From: a virus | IMG/VR virus record: IMGVR_UViG_3300023283_000146 | Coordinates: 1-64,000 of that record | DNA: 64,000 bases | Direction: 5' to 3' (one strand) | Part shown: in pieces, positions 8,133-15,815 of the stretch | Numbering within the stretch: the stretch's first letter is position 1 | How the letters are laid out: every line of letters begins with the position of its first letter | Position numbers and translations under genes: made by a program | The notes under the pieces: model-generated | What the model saw: the letters and a program-made list of their open reading frames with translations, nothing else | Told to the model about the DNA's origin: nothing | The model's database searches: none

Positions 8133-8564
8133 TTAGCGGCTTAGCGGTTTACGGTACGGCAAGCGCCACAAACCTTTAGCGCCCGCCAGCCAGTCGCCCC
8201 CGCCGGCCGGCTGGGGCCCGCCGGCCCGTAGCCGGGCTAGCCGGTAGGCCCAGCGGCGCTCGTTCCGCTGGTCCGTTTGGCCTAAAGCCGTTAGGGCTTC
8301 TAGGTACGCTACTAGTACGTTTATAGCCGTAGGGCGGCCCCGCCATTTGTAGCGGCTTTTGTAGCTGTTGTGGTCGGTAAGCCGTAGCGCTAGAAAAGCT
8401 ACTTCTTGAACGGGCCCGGCTACGTATACGGCTAGGGCCCCGTGTACTGCCCGTAGCCGGTTACGGGTAGCGGCGTCGAGCTCGGGTTCGGCTAGGTAGC
8501 GGGCCGTTAGGCTTAGGGCCGCGGCGGCAATGCGCCGGTTACGTACTTTGTGGGGGGCTTCCAT
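8133..8564 (-). CDS. hypothetical protein (143 aa)
   Basis: ORF track. A 9-bp GC hairpin (8074-8096) lies downstream. Confidence 0.5.
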   Translation of the reverse strand: MEAPHKVRNRRIAAAALSLTARYLAEPELDAATRNRLRAVHGALAVYVAGPVQEVAFLALRLTDHNSYKSRYKWRGRPTAINVLVAYLEALTALGQTDQRNERRWAYRLARLRAGGPQPAGGGDWLAGAKGLWRLPYRKPLSR

Positions 8565-8586
8565 AGCGTAGTAGTGGCGGGGGCGC

Positions 8587-8787
8587 CTATTGCTTTTCTT
8601 CTTGGTACTCCACCGTGTCGTCCACGCCTGCTTCGTAGGCTTTTTGTACTAGCTCAAAAAGTTGGAACCGGGTCAGGATAACCGGGCCTTGGCGGAGCGC
8701 GTAGGCTACAACGCCAAAGTATTCGTCAATCACACAGTCCGCCATCAGCTCGCTGGTCTCGATGGGGTGTCCGTCGTATTTGCGCAT
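8587..8787 (-). CDS. hypothetical 66-aa protein, tandem paralog B
   Basis: ORF track. Clearly homologous to 8831..9031 (MRxxDGHP..SELMADCxID.YF....Y....GP.xLTR.QL..LVQ.AY.AGV...VEYQ.EKQ). Conservation at protein level supports coding. Confidence 0.7.
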   Translation of the reverse strand: MRKYDGHPIETSELMADCVIDEYFGVVAYALRQGPVILTRFQLFELVQKAYEAGVDDTVEYQEEKQ

Positions 8788-8823
8788 GGTAGGTAGGTAG
8801 GTAGGTAGGTAGGTAGGTAGGTA
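8788..8823. repeat. (GGTA)9 microsatellite, i.e. (TACC)9 on the coding strand, abutting the ATG of 8587..8787
   Basis: Nine perfect units counted. They fill 36 of the 43 intergenic nt between the two paralogs. Confidence 0.95.
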
Positions 8824-8830
8824 GGGCCGC

Positions 8831-9031
8831 CTATTGCTTTTCTTTTTGGTACTCCACGCCTTCGCGCACCCCCGCTACGTACGCTATTTGTACCAAGCTT
8901 AGCAGCTGGTAGCGGGTTAGCAGCGCTGGGCCCCCGCGCTCTACGTAGTTGTCGGTGTTGAAGTAGTCGTCGATCAGGCAGTCCGCCATCAGCTCAGAGA
9001 CTTGCTCGGGGTGTCCGTCGTGGTGGCGCAT
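8831..9031 (-). CDS. hypothetical 66-aa protein, tandem paralog A
   Basis: ORF track. Paralog of 8587..8787, preceded by cctacgctacctaccATG. Confidence 0.7.
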   Translation of the reverse strand: MRHHDGHPEQVSELMADCLIDDYFNTDNYVERGGPALLTRYQLLSLVQIAYVAGVREGVEYQKEKQ

Positions 9032-9115
9032 GGTAGGTAGCGTAGGGGCCCGGGGGCGGCCGGGCGGCCGGCGGGGGGCGGCGCGCCCCGCGCATATACA
9101 TCTACGGCTAGCGGG
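9032..9115 (-). promoter_or_regulatory. GC-rich upstream/leader element, copy 2
   Basis: See copy 1 (7485-7575). Lies at the left edge of the divergent control region. Confidence 0.4.
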
Positions 9116-9454
9116 CCCCGGTAACCTTAGCCTACCTAGCCCGTTTAGCGGATTTACGGCCCTAAGCGTAGCCGTAAGCTAGGCTTACGGCCCCCGCCCC
9201 CTAGCGAGGGCCCTAGCGGGGGCCTACGGCCCGGCCGCCCCTTAGCGCTCCGGCCCTACGGCCCCGGGGCCGGGCCGTAAGGCCGCTAGCTTAGGGGCCC
9301 CTACGGCCCCGGGGGCCGCCGGCCGTTTAGCTAAGGCCCGGGGGGCCGGCCGGCCGACTAGGCTAGCTGGGCGCGCGCCCCGCCCTACTAGGGGCCGTTG
9401 CCTTTAGCTCATTACCAAAATAATACGTAAGATTTGAGTATGGTCTTACCTACG

Positions 9455-9672
9455 TCTTACGTAAGAACCGTGTAAGACAAGCTTGTTTACATAGATCTTA
9501 CGTAAGACTTGAGTAAGGCCGTCTGCGCACGATTTACGAAGATCTTACGTAAGACTTGAGTAAGATCGTGATTCTTACGAAGATCTTACGTAAGACCTTC
9601 GTAAGATCGTGATTCTTACGAAGATCTTACGTAAGACTTGAGTAAGACTTACGTAAGACTTGTTCTTACGAA
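9455..9672. repeat. array of five perfect 12-bp palindromes TCTTACGTAAGA plus one 10-bp version, embedded in about 41-49-bp tandem units
   Basis: Perfect copies at 9455, 9496, 9543, 9584 and 9625; CTTACGTAAG at 9648. Unit starts GATCTTACGTAAGAC. Confidence 0.95.
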
Positions 9673-9706
9673 GATCTTACTAAAGTTCGGCAACCGATCG
9701 ACCGAA

Positions 9707-9787
9707 ACACAAGTCACCCTCCGACCAAAACACAAGTCACCCCTTGACCGAAACACAAGTCACCCTCCGACCAAAACACAAGTCACC
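9707..9787 (+). repeat. 4 x 23-bp direct repeats, each carrying ACACAAGTCACC
   Basis: Motif starts at 9707, 9730, 9753 and 9776. Three or four more degenerate copies follow up to the ATG at 9889. Confidence 0.95.
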
Positions 9788-9888
9788 CCGTAAGGAAACC
9801 GTAAGAACGCAAGTCATCATTTGCCACCACGCGTCGACAAGGTATCCTTGCCCAGTCACCAGTAACACCAAGTCATCACCAAGTCACC

Positions 9889-10101
9889 ATGGAACACAAC
9901 ATCCGCAAGAACACAGAGCACGATGCCTGGGAAGTCATCGATGAGCTCGGCTACGTGGTCATCCCCACCACTCCGCACACGATGCGGACGGCTCGGCAAG
10001 CAGCCTACCTGGCGGCCCTGCTGGAGCTCGCTGAGCAGAATGACCAAATCGCTCGGCAAGTCACGGCTCTGCAAGAAGACATCCTCGCAGACCACAGCTG
10101 A
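9889..10101 (+). CDS. hypothetical early protein (70 aa)
   Basis: ORF track. ATG directly preceded by ACCAAGTCACC. Confidence 0.7.
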   Translation: MEHNIRKNTEHDAWEVIDELGYVVIPTTPHTMRTARQAAYLAALLELAEQNDQIARQVTALQEDILADHS

Positions 10102-10110
10102 GGCACTGCT

Positions 10111-10257
10111 GTGAAGGCTACCGATCAAGAGCTCGACCGCATGGCCGCTGGGCAAATGGTGCTGTGCGGTTGCTGCCGCGCTGCTGAAGCCTACGCACTG
10201 ACTTTGTGCGAAGAGCTCCTGTGCGAAGAGTGCTGGGATGCACACCTGAGTCAATAG
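10111..10257 (+). CDS. possible Cys-rich mini-protein (48 aa, GTG start)
   Basis: Not in the track. My translation is VKATDQELDRMAAGQMVLCGCCRAAEAYALTLCEELLCEECWDAHLSQ. Fills the gap between neighbouring genes. Confidence 0.35.
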   Translation: MKATDQELDRMAAGQMVLCGCCRAAEAYALTLCEELLCEECWDAHLSQ

Positions 10258-10283
10258 CAAGTCACCCCCAACAACAAGTCATC

Positions 10284-10700
10284 ATGCAAGAATACGACAT
10301 CACCCTCCTGGACGACGGCACCCTCGACACTGTGTTCGTGTGCAATCTCTGCGAGCAGGAGCTCCGCTACAGCCACATCCAACGGGACGCGGAAGGCGAC
10401 ATCGAACCGGACGAGCTCGACCGAGTGCTGGACGAGCACGCGGAAGAGTGCGAAGCCTTCGCTGCTGTGGAGTGGCGGGCCCGGAATGCTTTCGCCCGCC
10501 AAAGCCTGACCACGTTCCCCCAGGCCGGCCTGGGCGGATGCCGCGAATGTGGTCAGGAGGCCCCGAGCATACGGCTGGACCCTGACTCTGGCCGCCCCCA
10601 GGAGCTCGGCCATTTCTGCAGCTTCGCCTGCGCAGCCACCTTCCTGGGCATGGAGGATGAAGAGATCGAAGCGTGGGAATGGTGGGGCCCCGAAGCCTAG
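10284..10700 (+). CDS. hypothetical early protein (138 aa), CxxC-rich
   Basis: Track ORF 10206..10700 trimmed to the ATG butted against CAAGTCATC. CNLC, CRECG and CSFAC motifs are present. Confidence 0.7.
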   Translation: MQEYDITLLDDGTLDTVFVCNLCEQELRYSHIQRDAEGDIEPDELDRVLDEHAEECEAFAAVEWRARNAFARQSLTTFPQAGLGGCRECGQEAPSIRLDPDSGRPQELGHFCSFACAATFLGMEDEEIEAWEWWGPEA

Positions 10701-10770
10701 CCGCAGGTTTCTCGAAGAAACCTAAGGCCCAGCCGCCAACAGGACGATATACAGAAGGCAAGGGCACCAA

Positions 10771-10812
10771 CAAGTCACTCCGCAACACAAGTCACTCCGC
10801 AACACAAGTCAC
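10771..10812 (+). repeat. 3 x 17-bp direct repeats carrying CAAGTCAC, the last abutting the ATG at 10814
   Basis: CAAGTCAC at 10771, 10788 and 10805. Confidence 0.9.
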
Positions 10813-10813
10813 C

Positions 10814-11437
10814 ATGAACACCATCATCGACACCAAATACACCCAGCCCACTGTTCGTGTGCATCTCGCATACGACAGTCTCTACAATCCCGCGCTGGAT
10901 CTCGACGGCAACACTGACCCTGAAACGTGCGCAGCGCTGAAGCGGGAGATCGAGCAGATCGAGCGGGGGGAGCTGACCCCCGTGTGTGTTTGGCAAGAAC
11001 GGCACTGCCGCTGCTGTGGCACCTGGAGCCGAGAGGGGGATGTCATGGGCGTCATCGTCGGCAGTATCGAGGAAGCCTGGGGCTACGTCAAGAGCGAAGA
11101 CTTGTTGGCCACGCCGCAAGCCACGCGTGCTGATGCTCTGCGCGAGCTACACGAGGACATCTCTGCCTTGCGCAATCACATGGAAACAGCTGGCCTGGAC
11201 ACCAAAGGCCAACAGCTGGCCGCCCGTCGAATGGCCTCCTTGCAGCAAGAGCTGAACAGGGTGAACCGGCAAAGGCTACTGGAGGAGCTGAGAACGTTCG
11301 CAGAGACCATCGTGGACTACGGCGTGCCCACCGTGGGCGCTCGTCAGATCGTGCAGCAGCGACTGATCAGCAACACGGCTAAGGTGCTGCGGGAACTGGA
11401 TCAGCTGGATGCCGAGTACGATCCCAGTAAAGCCTAA
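10814..11437 (+). CDS. hypothetical early protein (207 aa)
   Basis: Track ORF 10673..11437 trimmed to the ATG preceded by CAAGTCACC. Confidence 0.7.
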   Translation: MNTIIDTKYTQPTVRVHLAYDSLYNPALDLDGNTDPETCAALKREIEQIERGELTPVCVWQERHCRCCGTWSREGDVMGVIVGSIEEAWGYVKSEDLLATPQATRADALRELHEDISALRNHMETAGLDTKGQQLAARRMASLQQELNRVNRQRLLEELRTFAETIVDYGVPTVGARQIVQQRLISNTAKVLRELDQLDAEYDPSKA

Positions 11438-11488
11438 AGCCTGGGGCCTGGGCAGCCGATAAGGTTCCTACACATGCGACAAGTCACC

Positions 11489-12337
11489 ATGAGCAACCGC
11501 TTCTCTGCCTCCAACATCGACCCCTCCGAGTGGGCGGAGGTTCTCGTGTTCCACTACAACGTGGAGGTCGATGGCTGGCCTGTGCCAGCCTACAATCTCG
11601 AAGCCCTCATCGCATTGCGCCAGGCGAACCCGGGCCGTTTCTTCCAGCATGAGAACGGGGGCTGCGCAATCTGTGGTGCGCGGTTCAAGTACGGGTCGGT
11701 CTTCCGCAACGAACAGACGGGCGACCACATTGTGGTCGGGTGGATCTGCGCGGAGAAGCTGGAGCTCACAAGCGACTTGGCCGCCCACCGCATGGTCAAG
11801 GAACGGGCCTTTGCCGCACAGCGGCGCACGCTGCGGCGCAGGGAGCTCTTCCGCTGGGCGCAAGCCAATCGTGATTTGCTTCCGCTGTTGCGTGTGGACC
11901 ATGGCATTACCCGTGACATCCGGCGGCAGGTGATTGCACGCCCCGAGCGCGGCCTCACGGGCCCACAGATCGATCTACTCCAGCGCCTCAAGCAGCAGGT
12001 CGCGGAGAAGGAGAAGCGTGACCAGGAGCCCAAGGTGCCGGCGCCGGAAGGGCGGCACACCATCGAAGGTGAGCTCGTCTCAGCCAAGCATGTTGACTCG
12101 GACTACGGCGTGCAGACCAAGATGGTGGTGAAGATCCAACAGCCGGAAGGGTCCTGGGTAGCCTACGGCACGATGCCGAGCATTCTCGAGGACACCTTGT
12201 GGGAGAGAGGGATCATGTTTGACCAGTTGCGAGAAAAGCAACTGCATGTACGGTTCACAGCTACCTTCAAGCGTAGCAATCGCGAAGAGCATTTCGCCTT
12301 CGCGAAGCGTCCTACTAAGGCTGAGCTACTCAGCTAA
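11489..12337 (+). CDS. hypothetical early protein (282 aa)
   Basis: Track ORF 11474..12337 trimmed to the ATG preceded by GACAAGTCACC. Confidence 0.75.
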   Translation: MSNRFSASNIDPSEWAEVLVFHYNVEVDGWPVPAYNLEALIALRQANPGRFFQHENGGCAICGARFKYGSVFRNEQTGDHIVVGWICAEKLELTSDLAAHRMVKERAFAAQRRTLRRRELFRWAQANRDLLPLLRVDHGITRDIRRQVIARPERGLTGPQIDLLQRLKQQVAEKEKRDQEPKVPAPEGRHTIEGELVSAKHVDSDYGVQTKMVVKIQQPEGSWVAYGTMPSILEDTLWERGIMFDQLREKQLHVRFTATFKRSNREEHFAFAKRPTKAELLS

Positions 12338-12368
12338 CACCACAAGTCACCAACCGACAAGTCACCTC

Positions 12369-12632
12369 ATGCGACTGCTTGAACAAATGAACGCTCTGCG
12401 CGACGGCCGTGTGCACGGCGGCTATTCCTGGGCTGCTGTCATGGCCGATGGTGAACTGCTCTGTGAAAGCTGCTTCACCGCACATTTCCGCTACATCTTC
12501 TGCACTACATGCGAAGATGATGACAGCAATACCCAGTGGAGGTTCATCGGGTTGACCAACAGTGGCGAAGCTGAACACACTGTGCACTGTGCACAGTGCA
12601 ACCGAGAAATCTGGAACCTGGAGAACGACTGA
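12369..12632 (+). CDS. hypothetical Cys-rich protein (87 aa)
   Basis: Track ORF 12219..12632 trimmed. Two motif copies lie upstream (CAAGTCACCAACCGACAAGTCACCTC-ATG). Confidence 0.65.
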   Translation: MRLLEQMNALRDGRVHGGYSWAAVMADGELLCESCFTAHFRYIFCTTCEDDDSNTQWRFIGLTNSGEAEHTVHCAQCNREIWNLEND

Positions 12633-12826
12633 TGAAGATCGAACGTCTTGGACACTACGCCCCCGGCAGCTTCGGGCTGCCGACACGCCACAATGAGCAG
12701 CGCACTGTCGTGCCTGTCTGGACGTGTGGGCGTCGTCGGAATGGACCAGACAACAAGCCATGTGTGCACTCCAGCCGCGAGGAGGCACGGGAGTGCCGGC
12801 GCCGAAGCACAAAGGTGCCCACGTAA
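12632..12826 (+). CDS. hypothetical protein (64 aa)
   Basis: Internal ATG of track ORF 12596..12826, overlapping the previous stop (TGATG). Confidence 0.5.
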   Translation: MKIERLGHYAPGSFGLPTRHNEQRTVVPVWTCGRRRNGPDNKPCVHSSREEARECRRRSTKVPT

Positions 12827-12838
12827 GCTTCGATCACA

Positions 12839-13087
12839 ATGAGTTCGATCACAATGAGGAACCCGAACCGCCAGCTGGCGGAAGTCGAAGTCGAACGGGT
12901 CGAGCCCCACTGGGCCTACGTGCGCATAGCACGTAGGCTGGACCCCGCCTTCCGTGGCCCGCCATCAGCGCTACGGCGTGGGATCGATATCAGCCACAAG
13001 GCCCAGGTGGGCGACTATGGTGTGCTTTGGTACATCGTTGGGCCGACCTATGGGCTGCAACAAGTCATCCTCATTCACAGGGACTAG
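12839..13087 (+). CDS. hypothetical protein (82 aa)
   Basis: ORF track; fits the gap in the operon. Confidence 0.5.
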   Translation: MSSITMRNPNRQLAEVEVERVEPHWAYVRIARRLDPAFRGPPSALRRGIDISHKAQVGDYGVLWYIVGPTYGLQQVILIHRD

Positions 13088-13104
13088 CGCAATACCAAGT
13101 CACC

Positions 13105-13524
13105 ATGGCACAGCACCAATGGCACCCTGGGCAAGAAGTCTTGCTATGGGCTGTCGATCGCCCAGGCGGGCTGATGAGGCCCAGCAAGGCCGTTATTGAT
13201 CGAGTGCTCAAGACAGGCCACGCGGTCCTGCGCATGCGCTCGGGACCACGATTCCGCCCAGACGGCACCCAAACCGGAGACCCGCTTCGGCACAGCAGGA
13301 TACAGCCCTGGGACGAGGAAGCGAGCCGCCTGGTACAGCAGTACCAGACGGCCGACCAAGCACGACGGGCTGCGCATGCGCTAGAGGGGCTGTTGAGTAA
13401 CGTACGCCCAAGGTGTCTCAAGTCTTGCGACTGGCAGCAGATCCATGAAGAGCTCTGCTCTACAGACAAGACAGTACGAAAGCTGATCGATTTACGGAAT
13501 AGGGAGAATGGTAGCGCTGGATAG
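13105..13524 (+). CDS. hypothetical protein (139 aa)
   Basis: Track ORF 13027..13524 trimmed to the ATG preceded by ACCAAGTCACC. Confidence 0.65.
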   Translation: MAQHQWHPGQEVLLWAVDRPGGLMRPSKAVIDRVLKTGHAVLRMRSGPRFRPDGTQTGDPLRHSRIQPWDEEASRLVQQYQTADQARRAAHALEGLLSNVRPRCLKSCDWQQIHEELCSTDKTVRKLIDLRNRENGSAG

Positions 13525-13620
13525 GTGCAAACCCTATACTTGTAGTGCGATGGTGACTTGTCGCTTTCTCTGCTGTGGTGTGGTGACGGCCGCAGCAGGG
13601 AAGAACCCTCCTGAAGGGTA

Positions 13621-13660
13621 GGGGCCTGTGCAGCGTTGGTGTCTGCACGGGCCCCTTTCT
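13621..13660 (+). terminator. rho-independent-type terminator splitting the early operon
   Basis: 13-bp stem ggggcctgtgcag / ctgcacgggcccc (one G-U pair), 9-nt loop, then TTTCT. Confidence 0.65.
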
Positions 13661-13709
13661 ATGTTGCCGCCTGGCGTTGCGTAGGCTAGCCTTACCTGCA
13701 CAGGCGCAG

Positions 13710-13913
13710 ATGAGTAAGGCACAGAGAGATCAACAGCACGTCGTTGTGCTCCGCGACGGGACAGTCATAGGGCCCTTCACTGCCCGTGAGGCCATCCAGT
13801 TCGTTCGCACAGGCATACGCTTGCCGAGATCCTCTGAGCTCCGTCATGCTTTCGTGCGCCCGCGCCTGCCCAAGGATGAGCCGAAAGATCCAAGACAAGT
13901 CACCCTTGAATGA
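13710..13913 (+). CDS. hypothetical protein (67 aa)
   Basis: Internal ATG of track ORF 13677..13913. First gene after the terminator. Confidence 0.5.
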   Translation: MSKAQRDQQHVVVLRDGTVIGPFTAREAIQFVRTGIRLPRSSELRHAFVRPRLPKDEPKDPRQVTLE

Positions 13914-14269
13914 ATCCGCAAACACAAGTCACCCCTGGTGAGCTTCGAATGCCTGGTGCGCTCCAAGAGCTTCGGCCATTTCTCTTGGATGCAGCTAAAG
14001 GCTATGAGACACGCCGAGAGCACCGTTTGGCTGAACCTTGCCATGTGCTAGCAACAGCCATTCAACTGCATGCCCGGCTCGATCTCACAGAGTTCGGTTG
14101 GGAGCATTTCCATGCACTGCGCCAGGCAGCTTCTGCAGCTTATTTCCACAGTGAAATAAGTGAAGAGCGTTGTATGTTCCTGATGTTGTGCGTACTGTGT
14201 GATGGTGCCTTGGACAACAGCTGTTGTCGCAAATGGCACCTGTCAGATCTGCCTACGGTGGTGTCGTGA
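13910..14269 (+). CDS. hypothetical protein (119 aa)
   Basis: ORF track. ATGA overlap with the previous gene; CAAGTCACC lies 5 nt upstream of the ATG. Confidence 0.55.
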   Translation: MNPQTQVTPGELRMPGALQELRPFLLDAAKGYETRREHRLAEPCHVLATAIQLHARLDLTEFGWEHFHALRQAASAAYFHSEISEERCMFLMLCVLCDGALDNSCCRKWHLSDLPTVVS

Positions 14270-14394
14270 TGTCAATCACTACGGTTGAGCTTTCAGACGG
14301 CCGTGTTGCTGATATCTACAGTCTGACCTTTGGGCGGGCCAGGCTTGGTGTCCGAGCAGCAGACAGCCTCAGCTATGATGACGCTTGGTGATAT
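14269..14394 (+). CDS. possible 41-aa protein
   Basis: Not in the track. The ATG overlaps the previous stop (TGATG); my translation is MSITTVELSDGRVADIYSLTFGRARLGVRAADSLSYDDAW. Confidence 0.25.
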
Positions 14395-14528
14395 AGCTCT
14401 TGGGATGCTGCGGTCGCAGCAGTGCAGCAATGGGACCCCCGAGAGCAAACAGAGCCAATGGGCTGGATACGTCACCCCAGCAGTGGCCGTAGTCAAGAGC
14501 TAGGTGGTGAAAAGCAAGTGATCCGTCA

Positions 14529-15092
14529 ATGGACCAGTCGATGAAAAGCGATAGACAAGTCATCTCCGAGCTACGAGCTCAGGTGGACTACTACAAGACG
14601 CGAGAGGAAGCGTTCTCAGCTGCTTTACAGGTACCTGACGAGGCAGAGGTTGATTGGGCGGCGCGGCTGCGAGGATTGCTGAGTGAACGTGATGGCCTAC
14701 GGATGCAGGTGCGAATGTTCGAGAACCTGGTTCAAGAACAAGCTCTTACTGGCGAACCCAGAGATGGCCACTACACCAATGATTTGCTGACTATGCAATG
14801 GCGCTGGCGTGCAGTTGCATATCTGCTTACGGCACGACAGTTGTGTCGGGCACTAGGTGAGGAGCCTGATGAAGAGACGTTGGGCTATGCCTACAATCGC
14901 GACAATGTTGAGTTGCATGCTGTGTTGGGGATGGCAAAAGCAACACAAGTCACTCTTGAAGACATCAAGCGTTGGACAGACCAACAGTGCCAAGAGGCAT
15001 ATGAGTGGGGGCTCATATTCTTTTTGAGCCGTTGGCGACAAAATCAGCCTTACGTTCCGCCACGCCCACAGCACGTTCCTGGGGTTCAATAA
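14529..15092 (+). CDS. hypothetical protein (187 aa)
   Basis: ORF track. Contains two internal CAAGTCA copies (about 14557 and 14946). Confidence 0.65.
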   Translation: MDQSMKSDRQVISELRAQVDYYKTREEAFSAALQVPDEAEVDWAARLRGLLSERDGLRMQVRMFENLVQEQALTGEPRDGHYTNDLLTMQWRWRAVAYLLTARQLCRALGEEPDEETLGYAYNRDNVELHAVLGMAKATQVTLEDIKRWTDQQCQEAYEWGLIFFLSRWRQNQPYVPPRPQHVPGVQ

Positions 15093-15131
15093 GGCCACAT
15101 AAACACAAGTCATCGCCCAACACAAGTCATC

Positions 15132-15410
15132 ATGAAGCCTTTGCGAAAACGTTCTAGCTATTCTTTAGTCAAGTTGCGTGAAGACTTGTGGGAGCTCCGA
15201 CAAAAAGTCGGAACTCTTCTAGAGCCACAACTCACACAACGGCTTCAAGAAGTAGAACACGAACTCAACCGCAGAGACGCGGCACTGCCTGCTTGCCTGT
15301 GTTGTCAACAACGAATCTGCATTCCGCTAGATGAAGACTGCATAGAGGTTGAAGCTATGCAGGGGTGGGTTTGCAGCAGAGAATGTCAAGAAGCCCTAGG
15401 CACAAAATAA
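15132..15410 (+). CDS. hypothetical protein (92 aa)
   Basis: ORF track. Two motif copies upstream, the second butted against the ATG (CAAGTCATC-ATG). Confidence 0.65.
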   Translation: MKPLRKRSSYSLVKLREDLWELRQKVGTLLEPQLTQRLQEVEHELNRRDAALPACLCCQQRICIPLDEDCIEVEAMQGWVCSRECQEALGTK

Positions 15411-15655
15411 TGGCGCAACCGCTAGGATCAGGAAAAGAACGTGAGTCACTATTCGCTCAACGTTTGCAAGAGCAACGTTTGGCCAAAGGCTGGTCTTATG
15501 AAGCCTTGTCTCGCAAGACCACACTGAGCAAAGAACACATAGGTCGTATCGAGCGTGACGAAAACTTACCGTCGCTGGATCTCTTTGAAGAGATTTGCAT
15601 CGCCCTAGATGTGCGCCCTGACTACTTGTTGGGTTGGAGCAACAAACCGAGATAA
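15410..15655 (+). CDS. XRE-family helix-turn-helix protein (81 aa)
   Basis: Internal ATG of track ORF 15365..15655, overlapping the previous stop (TAATG). FAQRLQEQRLAKGWSYEALSRKTTLSKEHIGRIERDENLPSLD is a typical Cro/C1-type HTH. Confidence 0.75.
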   Translation: MAQPLGSGKERESLFAQRLQEQRLAKGWSYEALSRKTTLSKEHIGRIERDENLPSLDLFEEICIALDVRPDYLLGWSNKPR

Positions 15656-15801
15656 TGTCACCCCCGAAAGTCGAAGTGAAGTGTATTTCTTGTGGCCATC
15701 GTTGGCTCGTTGGGCCACGTGAAATCGATGAAGATGACATGCCCATTTGCCCTAAGTGCAGTGACATTGGTGTTGCTGTAAGGGCACGAAACCACCGCTA
15801 A
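15655..15801 (+). CDS. possible zinc-ribbon mini-protein (48 aa)
   Basis: Not in the track. TAATG overlap. My translation is MSPPKVEVKCISCGHRWLVGPREIDEDDMPICPKCSDIGVAVRARNHR (CxxC...CxxC). Confidence 0.45.
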   Translation: MSPPKVEVKCISCGHRWLVGPREIDEDDMPICPKCSDIGVAVRARNHR

Positions 15802-15815
15802 ATCTCCAAGTCATC

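Larger units (their letters stand above)
6775..9410. other. G+C-rich, CTAG/GCTAGC-saturated island carrying six small minus-strand genes
   Basis: Abrupt composition shift: 49/60 G+C in 7501-7560 versus 22/60 in 9421-9480. Nine CTAG in 9105-9392. Limited word vocabulary (GGCCC, TACGG, CTAGC, TTAGC, GTAAG). Confidence 0.8.

Noticed and set aside
6775-9410. The abundance of TAG on the plus strand suggested stop-codon reassignment.
   Set aside because: The coding strand here is the minus strand, where these read CTA. All long genes in the window are uninterrupted under the standard code, so there is no evidence for recoding.
6540-9672. The regularly spaced repeats at 6571-6770 and 9455-9672 looked superficially like CRISPR arrays.
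   Set aside because: The units are contiguous or separated by only short, themselves repeated linkers, so there are no unique ~30-bp spacers. No cas genes occur in the window. The repeats share words with other regulatory sites.
9032-9888. Calling the divergent palindrome-rich region a lysogeny switch, and therefore calling the phage temperate.
   Set aside because: No integrase, excisionase, protelomerase or partition genes are visible in the 64 kb. Lifestyle cannot be inferred from operator-like repeats alone.
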